Translations under genes and position numbers: made by a program
Shown here: positions 1 to 9,712 of the stretch, one piece after another
Layout: every line of letters starts with the position of its first letter
Position numbering within the stretch: the stretch's first letter is position 1
The notes under the pieces: generated by a model
Database searches by the model: none
What the model was told of the DNA's origin: nothing
Seen by the model: only the letters and a program-made list of their open reading frames with translations
NCBI GenBank assembly: GCA_019454875.1
Contig: JACFNL010000006.1
Coordinates: 5,349-69,348, forward strand
Direction of reading: 5' to 3'
DNA: 64,000 bases
Source of the DNA: Candidatus Cloacimonadota bacterium
GTDB taxonomy: Bacteria; Muiribacteriota; UBA6191

Positions 1-1
1 C

Positions 2-451
2 TTTATTTATCTGGAAATGCCCAAGTTCAATAAATCCATAGATGAATTAAACACCCGCTTTGATAAATGGCTTTATATATTAAAAAACCTGGAAAGGCTT
101 CATCAAATCCCAGATAAATTTAAAGACCGCATCTTTGAAAAGCTCTTTAAGGCTGCCGAAATCGCCCAGTTCTCCAAAGATGAAAACATGGCCTACCAGG
201 ACAGCCTAAAGGTTTTTCGTGATCTCAAAAACTCTTTTGATACAGCCATTGAGGAAGGCCATCAAAAGGGCCTGCAAAAAGGTTTGGAACAGGGTCGGGC
301 AGAAGGGGAAATTCGAGGCAAGCTATCTGCAATTCTTGATTTTTATAAAGAAGGAATTTTAGATAAAGAAGCGGCCGAGGGTAAAATGTCGGCCTTTTTA
401 GGCAGTGGTTTTGATGAACTGGTAAAAGATTACCTGCTCGGTTTAAAGTAG
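2..451 (+). CDS. Rpn family / PD-(D/E)XK_2 nuclease (putative transposase-like), 5'-truncated by window edge
   Basis: Open from nt 2 (FIYLEMPKF...DKWLYILKNL); C-terminal EEGHQKGLQKGLEQGRAEG repeats typical of the family. Confidence 0.85.
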   Translation, partial: FIYLEMPKFNKSIDELNTRFDKWLYILKNLERLHQIPDKFKDRIFEKLFKAAEIAQFSKDENMAYQDSLKVFRDLKNSFDTAIEEGHQKGLQKGLEQGRAEGEIRGKLSAILDFYKEGILDKEAAEGKMSAFLGSGFDELVKDYLLGLK

Positions 452-454
452 ATA

Positions 455-2128
455 CTATCCAGCCAGAATTTCAATCTTTTTTCCCAAAAAGCCAATACCC
501 ATTTTTAGAATTTTAGCCGCTCCCTGGCTTTTTAACTCCTGCTCATATTGACGGTTTTCGATTTGGGCCAGGGCATTTTTTGCACAGGCTACAAGATCGG
601 AGTCCTCGTAAGAATCCATGGTTTTAAACTCCATCACAATTCCATAATGGTCTGGATTTTTGGGAGTCATCAAAAGATCGCAGCGGCCAAGGCCGGATTC
701 CCGGTTGGAACGAATATGCCAAGTATCGGAATAATAAGACATCAAACCTAAAACCAGTCCATGGTAAAACTTCTCTGGTTCGTTGCCCGATGCATCAAAA
801 TAGCTTAGGGAAGTGTCGCAAAGTTTTCGTAGGGCTTTGCAAATTTCTGTTACATTTCCAGACATTAGAGAATTTTTCAGATTGGGCAACAGTGCACTGG
901 ATTCACTCTTTTGAAACCACAATTGCACAGAATCTTCAAAAATGTGATGTATCTCTAAATTAGGAATTTTTAACTGAACTCTGGTTTTAACAGCCTCAGA
1001 GGGGCCATCAATTTTTACGGCCTTTAAATATCCTGTGAAATAAAAGAAGTTCCACAGATTAGCCGGGGAGTTTTCAATCTCCTGAAACACTACATGTTCC
1101 TGTAATGGGACAGTAATGCTTTGGCCCGTCATCAAATCCTCAAGATCCCTTTTGGCCTGTGCTCCGGTTCTACTTAAAATTTCTTTGACAAGATCATTGC
1201 CACTAGTGTTGATCCAGTAGTTTCTAAACTCACCCTGATTTTTTAAAAGGTTTAGACTAGACCAGGGATTATAAAGCGTGGTTTCCCCAAACAGATAACC
1301 GTTGTACCATGCCTCAATCTGAGTATCAATTGCAGAAAGGTTATAGTCCTGAATCAACTGTTTGACCTCTGGCACAGTAAAACCAAAATGTCTGGCATAA
1401 CCTTTGGATGAGACAGAAGCCGCCTCCAGATTGTTCATACCAGTAAACATGCTTTCTCTGGCAACCCGAAGGCAGCCCGTGATTACTGCGCGCCACACAT
1501 TGGGATTATCCTTAAAACCAGCACTAAAGAAGTTTCTAAAAAATGTGATAGCTTCATCCCAGTAGCCTTCTGCCCAGGCGGATTGTAAGGGGACATCGTA
1601 TTCATCAATTAATATCAGGGGACCTGGACCGATTGAGGCATAGGCCCTAGTGAGGTTGAAAAGCAAATTACAAAAATCTGCAAAATTGCCCTGATTTTGA
1701 GAAACAATCAGAATGGGCTGTAGAAGTTTGTGTTCTACCTTTATAAGGGCCGATAGGTGCTCCAGACTCATTCTTTGCAGAAGATCGTATAACATATCTT
1801 CCGTTTTGAGCCAGTCATTGGCCTTACAATCCTTAAATGATAAATGAATTACCGGGCGAGTGCCTTGCAAGGCCATGACCTTTTCATTTTCAGAAACCTT
1901 AAGACCCTTAAAAAGTTTGCGGTTTTCTTGGGCGTTTTCCTGATCAAAAAAGTACTTGAGGGTGGAAAGATTTAAGGTTTTCCCAAAACGGCGGGGGCGA
2001 GTGATTAAAAGGATTTTGGCAGAATCAGTTAAAAATTCCTCAATCAGCTCCGTTTTATCCACATAGAGAAAGTCCGGAGCAGTGCGAATCTGCTGAAAAT
2101 CACTGTGGCCGATGGGAATCTATTTCAT
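455..2128 (-). pseudogene. AAA-ATPase-like + PD-(D/E)XK_9 (DUF1703) protein with in-frame TAG at codon 3; may be expressed from GTG 2062
   Basis: ATG(2128) AAA TAG ATT CCC ATC GGC = MK*IPIG...YVDKT; motifs RPRRFGKTLN, ILIDEYDVP, YNPWS, NRESGLGRCDL...MEFK. Confidence 0.75.
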
Positions 2129-3220
2129 TTACAGTTCCAGCAGCAGTTTTTTGGCGATATGAAGCCCGGGGTGAGTTCGCAAGGCCTCGTTTAAGTTAAT
2201 CTTGGCCAGATGTGCCTGTTCATTCAAGAGATTTAATACAGAAAGATTATATAAAAGGTAGGGCCGACTTTGAGCATCGGTCATGGTTCTCACCGTGCTT
2301 TTAAGGGTTTCTTCAGCCAGGGCTGCCTGATTATCAGAATACAGGATAAGGGCCTCGAGATTTCTGGACTGTAGTATGTATTCATAGGACAAACCTCCAG
2401 CAGCTAGCAGAATATTCTGGTTCTGTCTTAAGGTGTAGAGAGCCTTTTGAGGCTGGTTCTCCATAAAGAATGCGTAGGCTAAGGAATAGGTGAGCTTCTG
2501 ATATTCATCAGAAACTTTTAAAACATAACCGGGATCGGTGGCTTGCACGGCTTTGAGTGTATCCTGGTTTGAATGCAGGGTTTTGTGCTGATTTAAGGAG
2601 GATTCAAAGCCAGTAACAAGAATTTGGGAAGGGCTCGATATTGCCGGTGGTGCGATCAGGTAGATAGCTTTGTCCTTATGGATTGGATATGATTTATGAA
2701 TGGGGGTGGAAGGCAGCTTAAAGTCTCCCTCAAACTGAGTTACAAAAATGGGTAGAAAAAAACTCAGATCATAGGTTTCCAAAAGATCATCCACCCGGGC
2801 TTTGAGTTGATTGCGCTGCCATAAGGCCTCATGCTGCCATACCTCATCAATTCTGGACTTTAGGCCAAGGTAAGGGGTTTTAAATGTAATTATAGCCTGT
2901 ATGGATGATGGAAAAACTTCCTTATGGCTTACAATGTCCCACTGGAAACTGGTGCTGTTCTTCAGTTCAGCAATTGAGGCATTGGAATGAATTGCAGTGG
3001 CAGTGATTCCATCGGGCAGTTTTAAGGTTACACTTACATCCTGAAGGTTAAGGCCAATGGGAGTGAACCTGAGTTCGATGCGGGTCTTTTGATCCATCTG
3101 AGGATGACCACTGGAAACAAAATCCGCAGTATACCAGACAGGCAATCGAAGTCCTGGAATGGTGGCTAATGATTGAGTGATTAAGATCAGAAATAAGGTT
3201 AGGCAATGTAGTTGATTCAT
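2129..3220 (-). CDS. Secreted hypothetical protein with C-terminal TPR-like helices
   Basis: 363-aa ORF, N-terminal signal peptide, C-terminal YNLSVL...AKINLNEAL TPR-like pattern. Confidence 0.65.
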   Translation of the reverse strand: MNQLHCLTLFLILITQSLATIPGLRLPVWYTADFVSSGHPQMDQKTRIELRFTPIGLNLQDVSVTLKLPDGITATAIHSNASIAELKNSTSFQWDIVSHKEVFPSSIQAIITFKTPYLGLKSRIDEVWQHEALWQRNQLKARVDDLLETYDLSFFLPIFVTQFEGDFKLPSTPIHKSYPIHKDKAIYLIAPPAISSPSQILVTGFESSLNQHKTLHSNQDTLKAVQATDPGYVLKVSDEYQKLTYSLAYAFFMENQPQKALYTLRQNQNILLAAGGLSYEYILQSRNLEALILYSDNQAALAEETLKSTVRTMTDAQSRPYLLYNLSVLNLLNEQAHLAKINLNEALRTHPGLHIAKKLLLEL

Positions 3221-3236
3221 AAACCATATAATAACA
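3221..3236 (-). promoter_or_regulatory. Extended -10 promoter (TGt-TATTAT) 7 nt before ATG; leaderless-type
   Basis: Minus strand TGTTATTATATGGTTTATG, no Shine-Dalgarno. Confidence 0.5.
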
Positions 3237-3248
3237 CATGCATTTTCT

Positions 3249-3277
3249 TTGACTCACATGCTTAAATTGAGTAACAT
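3249..3277 (+). promoter_or_regulatory. sigma70-type promoter
   Basis: TTGACT-N17-TAACAT upstream of the 3355 gene. Confidence 0.6.
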
Positions 3278-3312
3278 TTGCAGGGAATTCCCTTTACGAG
3301 CCAAATATGGAG

Positions 3313-3341
3313 ATAGGACCAGCCGGGTTCTATTTTTTTTT
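3313..3341 (+). terminator. Terminator/attenuator-like hairpin in 5' leader
   Basis: ATAGGACC-agccg-GGTTCTAT stem (one G:U) running into T9, just before RBS GAGGAG. Confidence 0.4.
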
Positions 3342-3354
3342 ATGAGGAGTTGGC

Positions 3355-5439
3355 ATGGCTAAGACTATAAAAGCAATTGAAGAAAAAATTATTGCAAAGA
3401 ACTATAAAATGGTCCTTCTTGAGACTCTAATACAGTCACAGACGGCAACAGTATCCGATTTGACTAAGAGAATACAGGAGGAAATTCCTTTTCTGAAAAT
3501 GGAGTCTCCCTTTCGAGTGCGGGCTGAGTTTGTATTGCCAACCTTAAAAAAGAGTAAATGTTTTGTAGATAAGGGTAAAGAAGAATGGAGTCTGTCCGAT
3601 GCTTTTCTTCATCTTGCCGATTATGCCTACCAGACCCTAAAAAAAGGTGGGGTTCCACTCACAATTGATGCACTCAAGGAAAACATCGCTCTGGAAAATG
3701 GTCTGCATCCTTCCGATATCCCCCTGAATCTGGAGGATAATGAGAGATTTTTTACGGAGTCTGTAGGGGGGGCGGAATACTGGTTCATTGAAGAATGGGA
3801 ATTTTGCAACGAGTATGCTTTTGCCCTGTTTGCCATGAATCAGAACAAGGCATTGCCCCTGGATGAAATTGAGAATCAGCTGGTAAAGCAGTTTAAAAGA
3901 AAGAAAAAGGGTCTGATTCTGATGCTTCGTGAAGATTCACGGTTTAAGCCTGGATCGGATGGTTCATTTAATGTTTTTCCCAAGTTTTTGAAGAGGCTTC
4001 ATTTTAAACAGATATCCAGATCGGATATGGATAAAATCTGTCAGAGGCTGGAGGGTGAGGAAAAAAGCCTGAGCCTGATGGAGCTTTCTGAGGAATATTT
4101 GCAGGTGCCTTTTCCCTTGACCAATCTGGAGCAGGCGTTTCAGGAAGATCTAAGATTTCAGCTAGTTGGTTCCAAGGTCAGACGGTCTCGCTTAAGCGCA
4201 GATGAAATTCGGGAGTTAAAACGCAAGGACAGAGCAAAAAAACTTGCAGAGAATGCTTTGGCAAAGAAAAAAGCCAAGGAAGAAATGCAGGCAGCTAAAA
4301 TTCAGCCGGAAATTGCTGAGGAAATTGTGCCGGGTTCAGAAATGGATCCTGAATATAATGAAGAAGAAGCCCAGCACTTTAAAAGGCTCATGGAGTCTGT
4401 CCGTTCGTCCATACAGGGGGGAACAGAAGAAATTCTGCCTGGGGTGCGCCGTGCTGTTACCTTAGTGCAGGTTCAGGATGCACCCAAGCCGGTACAGGAG
4501 CCTGAGGCTCAGGCTGTACCTGTAACATCAGAGCCAGAGGTAAAACAGGCTGCAGTGGTTTCGGCACAGGTTGAGACGACCCCACAGGGTACGGTGCGTC
4601 GTCGTGAGCCAGTTTTGAAAAAATCGGCGACTCTACAACAGGAAGTGTTTGATGTCGCTGGAACCGGGGTTAATGTAGCGGAATTGAATGGGTTTTTGAA
4701 GGAGCTTACCGAAAGAGATGGGATGGCCCAGGAAATGAGTCCTGAACGGCTGGATGATATGCTGGTTCGTTATCTGCCATTCAAAATTGCGGATTATCGC
4801 CCCACCCATCCTAGTGTTTCAGCTTTTATGGTAAAACTGGCCAGGCCAAGGCTCGAGCATCTGGTATTTGATTTGGCCTGTGGTCGTGGTGATATTTTAT
4901 TAAAAACTCTGAATCATGTTCGCGGTAGTCTTCGTAAGGACAATGAGCAGGACGCGGAACATTTCCGGACATTCTGTGATGAGCAGATTGTGGGCATGGA
5001 TGTCTCAAGTTTTGCTATTCGAGGAGCCGGTTTGAACCTGAGACTGTCTGGGCATGAAATCTCTCTTTTGCTTCAGGGGAGTTCTCTTGAGCCTTCCGAC
5101 ATTTTGATTGATGAAATGTATTCCATAGGATTTGCCGATATGACAAATCTGAATCCTCGTGAGGTCAAGGGGTTTTTAGAGACAGCTCACAGGATTTTTC
5201 AGGATGGGGGAGAGGGTGTATTTGTTGTCAACTCAGATATCATGAGTGAGGATGGAGAGGTAGCCCAGTTTGTTCAGGAGCACTATTTCCTCAGGCATCA
5301 AATCGTGTTTAATGATGTGGATGGTATGCAAAAACACATCCTGCATGTATTCAAAGATATGGACAGAAGAGACAAAACCAAGCTGTTTAGACTAGATAAT
5401 CTGGATCAGTTGAACAGGGTTCTGGATCTGATTCACTAA
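3355..5439 (+). CDS. Tandem HARE-HTH/RNAP-delta-like winged-helix protein fused to degenerate HsdM-like N6-methyltransferase domain
   Basis: Repeats like ADYAYQTLKKGGVPLT...LEDNERF...W; C-terminal FMVKLARP...VFDLACGRG (motif I); NPPF position reads FADMTN. Confidence 0.6.
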   Translation: MAKTIKAIEEKIIAKNYKMVLLETLIQSQTATVSDLTKRIQEEIPFLKMESPFRVRAEFVLPTLKKSKCFVDKGKEEWSLSDAFLHLADYAYQTLKKGGVPLTIDALKENIALENGLHPSDIPLNLEDNERFFTESVGGAEYWFIEEWEFCNEYAFALFAMNQNKALPLDEIENQLVKQFKRKKKGLILMLREDSRFKPGSDGSFNVFPKFLKRLHFKQISRSDMDKICQRLEGEEKSLSLMELSEEYLQVPFPLTNLEQAFQEDLRFQLVGSKVRRSRLSADEIRELKRKDRAKKLAENALAKKKAKEEMQAAKIQPEIAEEIVPGSEMDPEYNEEEAQHFKRLMESVRSSIQGGTEEILPGVRRAVTLVQVQDAPKPVQEPEAQAVPVTSEPEVKQAAVVSAQVETTPQGTVRRREPVLKKSATLQQEVFDVAGTGVNVAELNGFLKELTERDGMAQEMSPERLDDMLVRYLPFKIADYRPTHPSVSAFMVKLARPRLEHLVFDLACGRGDILLKTLNHVRGSLRKDNEQDAEHFRTFCDEQIVGMDVSSFAIRGAGLNLRLSGHEISLLLQGSSLEPSDILIDEMYSIGFADMTNLNPREVKGFLETAHRIFQDGGEGVFVVNSDIMSEDGEVAQFVQEHYFLRHQIVFNDVDGMQKHILHVFKDMDRRDKTKLFRLDNLDQLNRVLDLIH

Positions 5440-5441
5440 GG

Positions 5442-5471
5442 TTGACTCTTAATTGTGGGATCGTATACAAT
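5442..5471 (+). promoter_or_regulatory. sigma70-type promoter of rpmF-plsX-fab operon
   Basis: TTGACT-N18-TACAAT. Confidence 0.5.
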
Positions 5472-5512
5472 GCCTCACTTTTTTGGCACCGTAATTTTTT
5501 AGGAGATGCATT

Positions 5513-5686
5513 ATGCCAATGCCGAAACGCAAAATTTGTAAGTTTAAGAGAGACCAACGCAGAGGTCATATTAAGTTAGGTGCTCAGAAGCTGGTTCCCT
5601 GTGCTGAGCAGGGCGGAGCTTTGGTGCCTTTGAATCAGCTCAGGGCTTATCAGGAAGGCCTGATCACTGTGGAGAAAAAGAGCTAA
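5513..5686 (+). CDS. rpmF: 50S ribosomal protein L32 (not in the ORF track)
   Basis: 57 aa MPMPKRKICKFKRDQRRGHIKL..., AGGAG RBS, canonical position before plsX. Confidence 0.9.
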   Translation: MPMPKRKICKFKRDQRRGHIKLGAQKLVPCAEQGGALVPLNQLRAYQEGLITVEKKS

Positions 5687-5689
5687 TTT

Positions 5690-6658
5690 ATGGCAGTAGT
5701 TCTGGATGCAATGGGGGGGGATTTTGCTCCATCAGCCATTGTAGAAGGAGCAATTCTGGCTGCAAGGTCGGGGATAAAGGTTTATCTGGTTGGTACTAGA
5801 GAGGCGTTATCCCCCCTTGAGTCAAAGCCTGAAACGGGAATCGAGCTGGTATATGCCTCAGAGGTTGTGGGGATGGCAGAATCTCCGGCTGAAGCATTGA
5901 GAAAAAAGATCGACTCATCGATTGCGGTAGGTGTTCGACTTGCCAAGGAAAAACAGGTTCCCTTTGTCAGTGCAGGGAATACCGGTGCCTGTATGGCAGC
6001 GGCTCTTTTTGTTTTTGGGCGAATTCCAGGAATTAAGCGGCCGCCAATCGCCTCTGTGTTTCCTCAGACTAATGGCAAAAAGACTGTTGTACTTGATGTA
6101 GGTGCGAATGTTGACTGTCAACCAGAATCCCTTTTGCAGTTTGCTGTAATTGGAGATGCCTGGGCTAAGGCTATGCTTGGGATTCAAAACCCAACAATTG
6201 GACTTTTGTCCAATGGCTCAGAGCGGGAAAAGGGAAATGCACTAGTGCATGAAGCCCATGAGATTCTGAGCAAATCCAAGTTGAACTTCATTGGTAATGT
6301 AGAAGGTTTTGATGCTCTTGCTGGTCGCTGTGATGTCATTGTCACTGATGGATTTGCAGGTAACATCCTTTTGAAGGCAATAGAAGGGGTGGCTCATCTG
6401 TTTGGGCACATGATAGAGACCAATTTACCCAAAGACAAAAAACCCGCCGAGGAATATCTTAATTTGATTCAAGCTACCAAGGCTTATAACCCATCGGCTC
6501 CTGAACATTGCGGAGCACCACTTCTGGGCGTAAACGGTCATTGTTATATTGTTCATGGCAATGCAGATGCCAAAGTTATCTTTGGGGCCTGCCAGACCAG
6601 CGTTAAATTAGGGCAGTCCAATCTCTTGGAGCTGATTCAGGCAGGGGTTCGGGGATAG
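5690..6658 (+). CDS. plsX: Phosphate acyltransferase PlsX
   Basis: LDAMGGDFAP, SAGNTGA, DVGANVD, DGFAGN motifs. Confidence 0.97.
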   Translation: MAVVLDAMGGDFAPSAIVEGAILAARSGIKVYLVGTREALSPLESKPETGIELVYASEVVGMAESPAEALRKKIDSSIAVGVRLAKEKQVPFVSAGNTGACMAAALFVFGRIPGIKRPPIASVFPQTNGKKTVVLDVGANVDCQPESLLQFAVIGDAWAKAMLGIQNPTIGLLSNGSEREKGNALVHEAHEILSKSKLNFIGNVEGFDALAGRCDVIVTDGFAGNILLKAIEGVAHLFGHMIETNLPKDKKPAEEYLNLIQATKAYNPSAPEHCGAPLLGVNGHCYIVHGNADAKVIFGACQTSVKLGQSNLLELIQAGVRG

Positions 6659-6662
6659 TTTC

Positions 6663-7664
6663 ATGAAGCACCTTAAAGGAGCTCAGGTTGTGGGGGTTGG
6701 CAAATGCCTGCCTCAGAAGATCCTGACTAATCACGATTTGGAAACTATGGTGGAAACCAGTGATGACTGGATTAGTGAAAGAACCGGTATCCGCCAGAGG
6801 CATGTGATTTCCGGTAGTGAAACTGTGTCCACGATGGCAGTGGCAGCAGCTCGGCAGGCCATGGAAATGGCTGCAATAGGCCCGATGGATCTGGATCTCA
6901 TTATTATGGGCTCCTTCACAGCCGATCATAAACTACCAGCTGGTGCCTGTATGGTTCAAGCAGAATTAGGGGCTAAACGAGCTGGTGCATTTGATATAAA
7001 CTCGGCCTGCACAGGCTTTATCTATTCCCTTCTGACAGCGGCACAGTTTGTGAAATCGGGCACTTGCAAGTATGTTCTGGTTTTGGGTTCTGATGCCACC
7101 TCCACAGTTTTGGACTGGACGGATCGCAACACCTGTGTTCTGTTTGGGGATGGGGCATCTGCCCTGGTCTTAAAACAGACTGAAGACACTGGTGTAGGTA
7201 TTTTGTCCCAGTTTATGTGTACAGACGGAACCGGGATGTGTAATCTCTGGATTCCCAATGGTGGCTCCCGATGGCCACTGACAGAAAAAAACATTGGCGA
7301 TAATAGACATTTTGTCAGTATGTCCGGTAAGGAAGTGTACCGGTTTGCAATCAATGCTTTGGTGGAAAGCTCTCATAATGTGCTGGCCCAGGAGGGTCTT
7401 ACCTGCAAGGATATAGCTCTAATGGTTCCCCATCAGGCTAATGCCAGGATCATCCAGTCTGCTGCAAACAGGCTTGAACTATTGGATGAACAGGTTTATA
7501 TCAACATAGACAGGTACGGTAATACCGTGGGGGCTTCGGTTGGGTTGGCCCTCTGTGATGCCTGGCACGAAGGCCGGATCAAGGAAAACGACAAGCTTTT
7601 AGTCGTGGGTTTTGGCGCAGGGTTGTCCTGGGGGGCAACTTTGATTCATTGGAGTCTCAAATGA
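6663..7664 (+). CDS. fabH: 3-oxoacyl-ACP synthase III
   Basis: Catalytic C (SACTG), PHQAN, YGNT, GFGAGLSWG. Confidence 0.97.
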   Translation: MKHLKGAQVVGVGKCLPQKILTNHDLETMVETSDDWISERTGIRQRHVISGSETVSTMAVAAARQAMEMAAIGPMDLDLIIMGSFTADHKLPAGACMVQAELGAKRAGAFDINSACTGFIYSLLTAAQFVKSGTCKYVLVLGSDATSTVLDWTDRNTCVLFGDGASALVLKQTEDTGVGILSQFMCTDGTGMCNLWIPNGGSRWPLTEKNIGDNRHFVSMSGKEVYRFAINALVESSHNVLAQEGLTCKDIALMVPHQANARIIQSAANRLELLDEQVYINIDRYGNTVGASVGLALCDAWHEGRIKENDKLLVVGFGAGLSWGATLIHWSLK

Positions 7665-8620
7665 GAAAAAAGATCGCATTTGTTTTTCCAGGCCAGGGTT
7701 CGCAGTCTGTAGGCATGGGAAAACTTCTGGCCGAGCAGGCACCGTGGGCTCAAGAGGCCTACTTATCTTTGGACAAAAACCTGGGCATATCTTTGAGCAG
7801 ATACTGTTTTGAGGGCCCGGAATCGGAGCTTTTGCGTACGGAAATTACCCAGCCAGCCATTGTGGCCACCAGTTCTCTTTTATGTCAGAGTCTGATTCGG
7901 GAGGGAATTTCACCGGACTGCACAGCCGGACACAGTGTAGGTGAATATTCAGCACTGGTGGCCAGTGGGGCTTTGGACATTGAAAGTGCAGTATCACTTG
8001 TACATATTCGTGGAAAATTGATGGATGCTGCCTGTCCTCAGGGGACTGGCTCTATGGCTGCTTTGATTGGAATGAATGAAGAACAGGTCACTCTGATGAT
8101 AGAGAAACTGGATCTGGGTGGGGAAAGCCTGGATATTGCGGGCCTGAACTGTCCGGGTCAGGTTGTAATTGCCGGACATGTGAATGCCTTGAAGACTGCG
8201 GTTGAAAAAATCAGGGAGTTTGGTGGCCGCATGGGAATGATGTTGTCCGTGAGTGGTCCATTTCATTCAAGATTGATGGCCTCGGCTGAACGGGAACTTT
8301 CTGAGAAATTGCAGGCAGCTTCGTTTACCGATGCAAAAATTCCGGTTTATCCCAATGTAAATCCTGTTGCGGTTACTGACCGTGAAAAAATTAAAGCCTG
8401 TCTGATGGCCCAGCTGACCAAACCCGTATTGTGGGAAAAAACTATTGTGCAGATGATTGCAGATGGAGTAGTTGCCTTTGTGGAGTTTGGCGGTGGTAAT
8501 GTGCTTTCAGGCATGATTCGCAAAATTGACAAACAGGCGCAGGTCTACCCTGTCTCAGAGCCCAAAGATGTGGCCAAGGTATGCGAGACACTGCGTTCCA
8601 ATCAGATGGTGGGAGCCTGA
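7661..8620 (+). CDS. fabD: Malonyl-CoA:ACP transacylase
   Basis: FPGQGSQ, GHSVG, GPFHS; ATGA overlap with fabH. Confidence 0.97.
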   Translation: MRKKIAFVFPGQGSQSVGMGKLLAEQAPWAQEAYLSLDKNLGISLSRYCFEGPESELLRTEITQPAIVATSSLLCQSLIREGISPDCTAGHSVGEYSALVASGALDIESAVSLVHIRGKLMDAACPQGTGSMAALIGMNEEQVTLMIEKLDLGGESLDIAGLNCPGQVVIAGHVNALKTAVEKIREFGGRMGMMLSVSGPFHSRLMASAERELSEKLQAASFTDAKIPVYPNVNPVAVTDREKIKACLMAQLTKPVLWEKTIVQMIADGVVAFVEFGGGNVLSGMIRKIDKQAQVYPVSEPKDVAKVCETLRSNQMVGA

Positions 8621-9369
8621 TGTTTACCTCATTGAAAGATAAGGTCGTAATTGTTACCGGGGCATCCAGAGGAATTGGTCTTGCCATTGCAAGATCTCTG
8701 GCTGAGGCAGGTTGCAAGGTAGGGTTGGTGGCTACGAATCTCGAAGTAGTACAAGGGGTTGCCAAGGAACTGGAGTCTGAGTTTCAGGCCAAAGTGCTTC
8801 CTTTGAAGGCAGATGTAAAAGTAGCTGAAGAAGTACAGGCAGTGGTGGATCAGGTAACTGAGGTTCTAGGCGATGTTGACTTTTTGGTTAACAATGCCGG
8901 AATCACTCGGGACAATCTTTTGATTCGCATGAAATCGGAAGAATGGGATGAGGTGATGGACACCAACCTGAAGGGTCCATTTCACTTTGCGAGAGCGGTT
9001 TGCAAGGGCATGATGAAACGCCGTAGCGGCTGTATTATTAACATTTCATCCGTGGTAGGTCTGATGGGAAATCCAGGCCAGGCAAACTATGCATCGGCTA
9101 AGGCAGGGGTCATCGGGTTGACAAAAACCCTGGCAAGGGAACTGGCCCCAAGAAATATCAGAGTAAATGCCATCGCCCCCGGGTTTATTATGTCGAGTAT
9201 GACAGATAAAATTCCGGACAAGACCAGGGAAGAACTGTTGTCTAAAATTCCTCTGGGGTATTTTGGAGAAGCCAAACAGGTTGCGGATTGTGTGTTATTT
9301 TTATTGTCCGACAGGGCAAGTTACATTACCGGTAGCGTGATCCAGGTTGATGGTGGATTAAACATGTAG
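8620..9369 (+). CDS. fabG: 3-oxoacyl-ACP reductase
   Basis: [21 protein letters not shown]; start reassigned to ATG 8620 (TGATG coupling). Confidence 0.97.
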   Translation: MFTSLKDKVVIVTGASRGIGLAIARSLAEAGCKVGLVATNLEVVQGVAKELESEFQAKVLPLKADVKVAEEVQAVVDQVTEVLGDVDFLVNNAGITRDNLLIRMKSEEWDEVMDTNLKGPFHFARAVCKGMMKRRSGCIINISSVVGLMGNPGQANYASAKAGVIGLTKTLARELAPRNIRVNAIAPGFIMSSMTDKIPDKTREELLSKIPLGYFGEAKQVADCVLFLLSDRASYITGSVIQVDGGLNM

Positions 9370-9385
9370 CAAGGGAAGGAAAATC

Positions 9386-9643
9386 ATGTCAGAAGCTATG
9401 ACTGAAAAAGATACTTATGAAAGAGTAAAGGCAATTGTTGCCAAGCAGCTGGGGGCAGAAGATGATGCCATTACCGCAGAAGCAAATTTTGTAGAAGATC
9501 TACGAGCTGATTCATTGGATATTGTAGAACTGATTATGGCCTTAGAGGAGGAATTTGATGTAGAGATTCCTGATGAAAAGGCCGAGGCTATGAAAACAGT
9601 GCAATCAGCTGTTGATTACATTATTGCCAATACAAAAAATTAA
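9386..9643 (+). CDS. acpP: Acyl carrier protein
   Basis: ADSLDIVEL phosphopantetheine site. Confidence 0.97.
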   Translation: MSEAMTEKDTYERVKAIVAKQLGAEDDAITAEANFVEDLRADSLDIVELIMALEEEFDVEIPDEKAEAMKTVQSAVDYIIANTKN

Positions 9644-9650
9644 CTGATTT

Positions 9651-9687
9651 AAACCGGTGGATTTTCTTAGAAAGTACCACCGGTTTT
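9651..9687 (+). terminator. Intrinsic terminator/stabilising hairpin after acpP
   Basis: AAACCGGTGG...CCACCGGTTT inverted repeat with short T tract. Confidence 0.7.
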
Positions 9688-9712
9688 CGCTATGTTTCAG
9701 AGGGAGAATCGC

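Noticed and set aside
2120-2122. Amber recoding (code 15 or pyrrolysine) explaining the in-frame TAG
   Set aside because: TAG is a normal stop for plsX, fabG, spoVS, HIT, secF and recN in this window, and no pyl genes are seen
2-2128. Mobile element or defence island at the window start
   Set aside because: No terminal repeats, integrase or target-site duplication visible; Rpn and AAA-PDDEXK genes are often scattered singly; the left context is missing
3355-5439. Functional type I restriction-modification system
   Set aside because: The catalytic NPP(F/Y) motif is absent and there is no hsdS/hsdR nearby
5484-5500. sigma54 promoter (TGGCAC)
   Set aside because: No TTGC -12 element at the correct spacing
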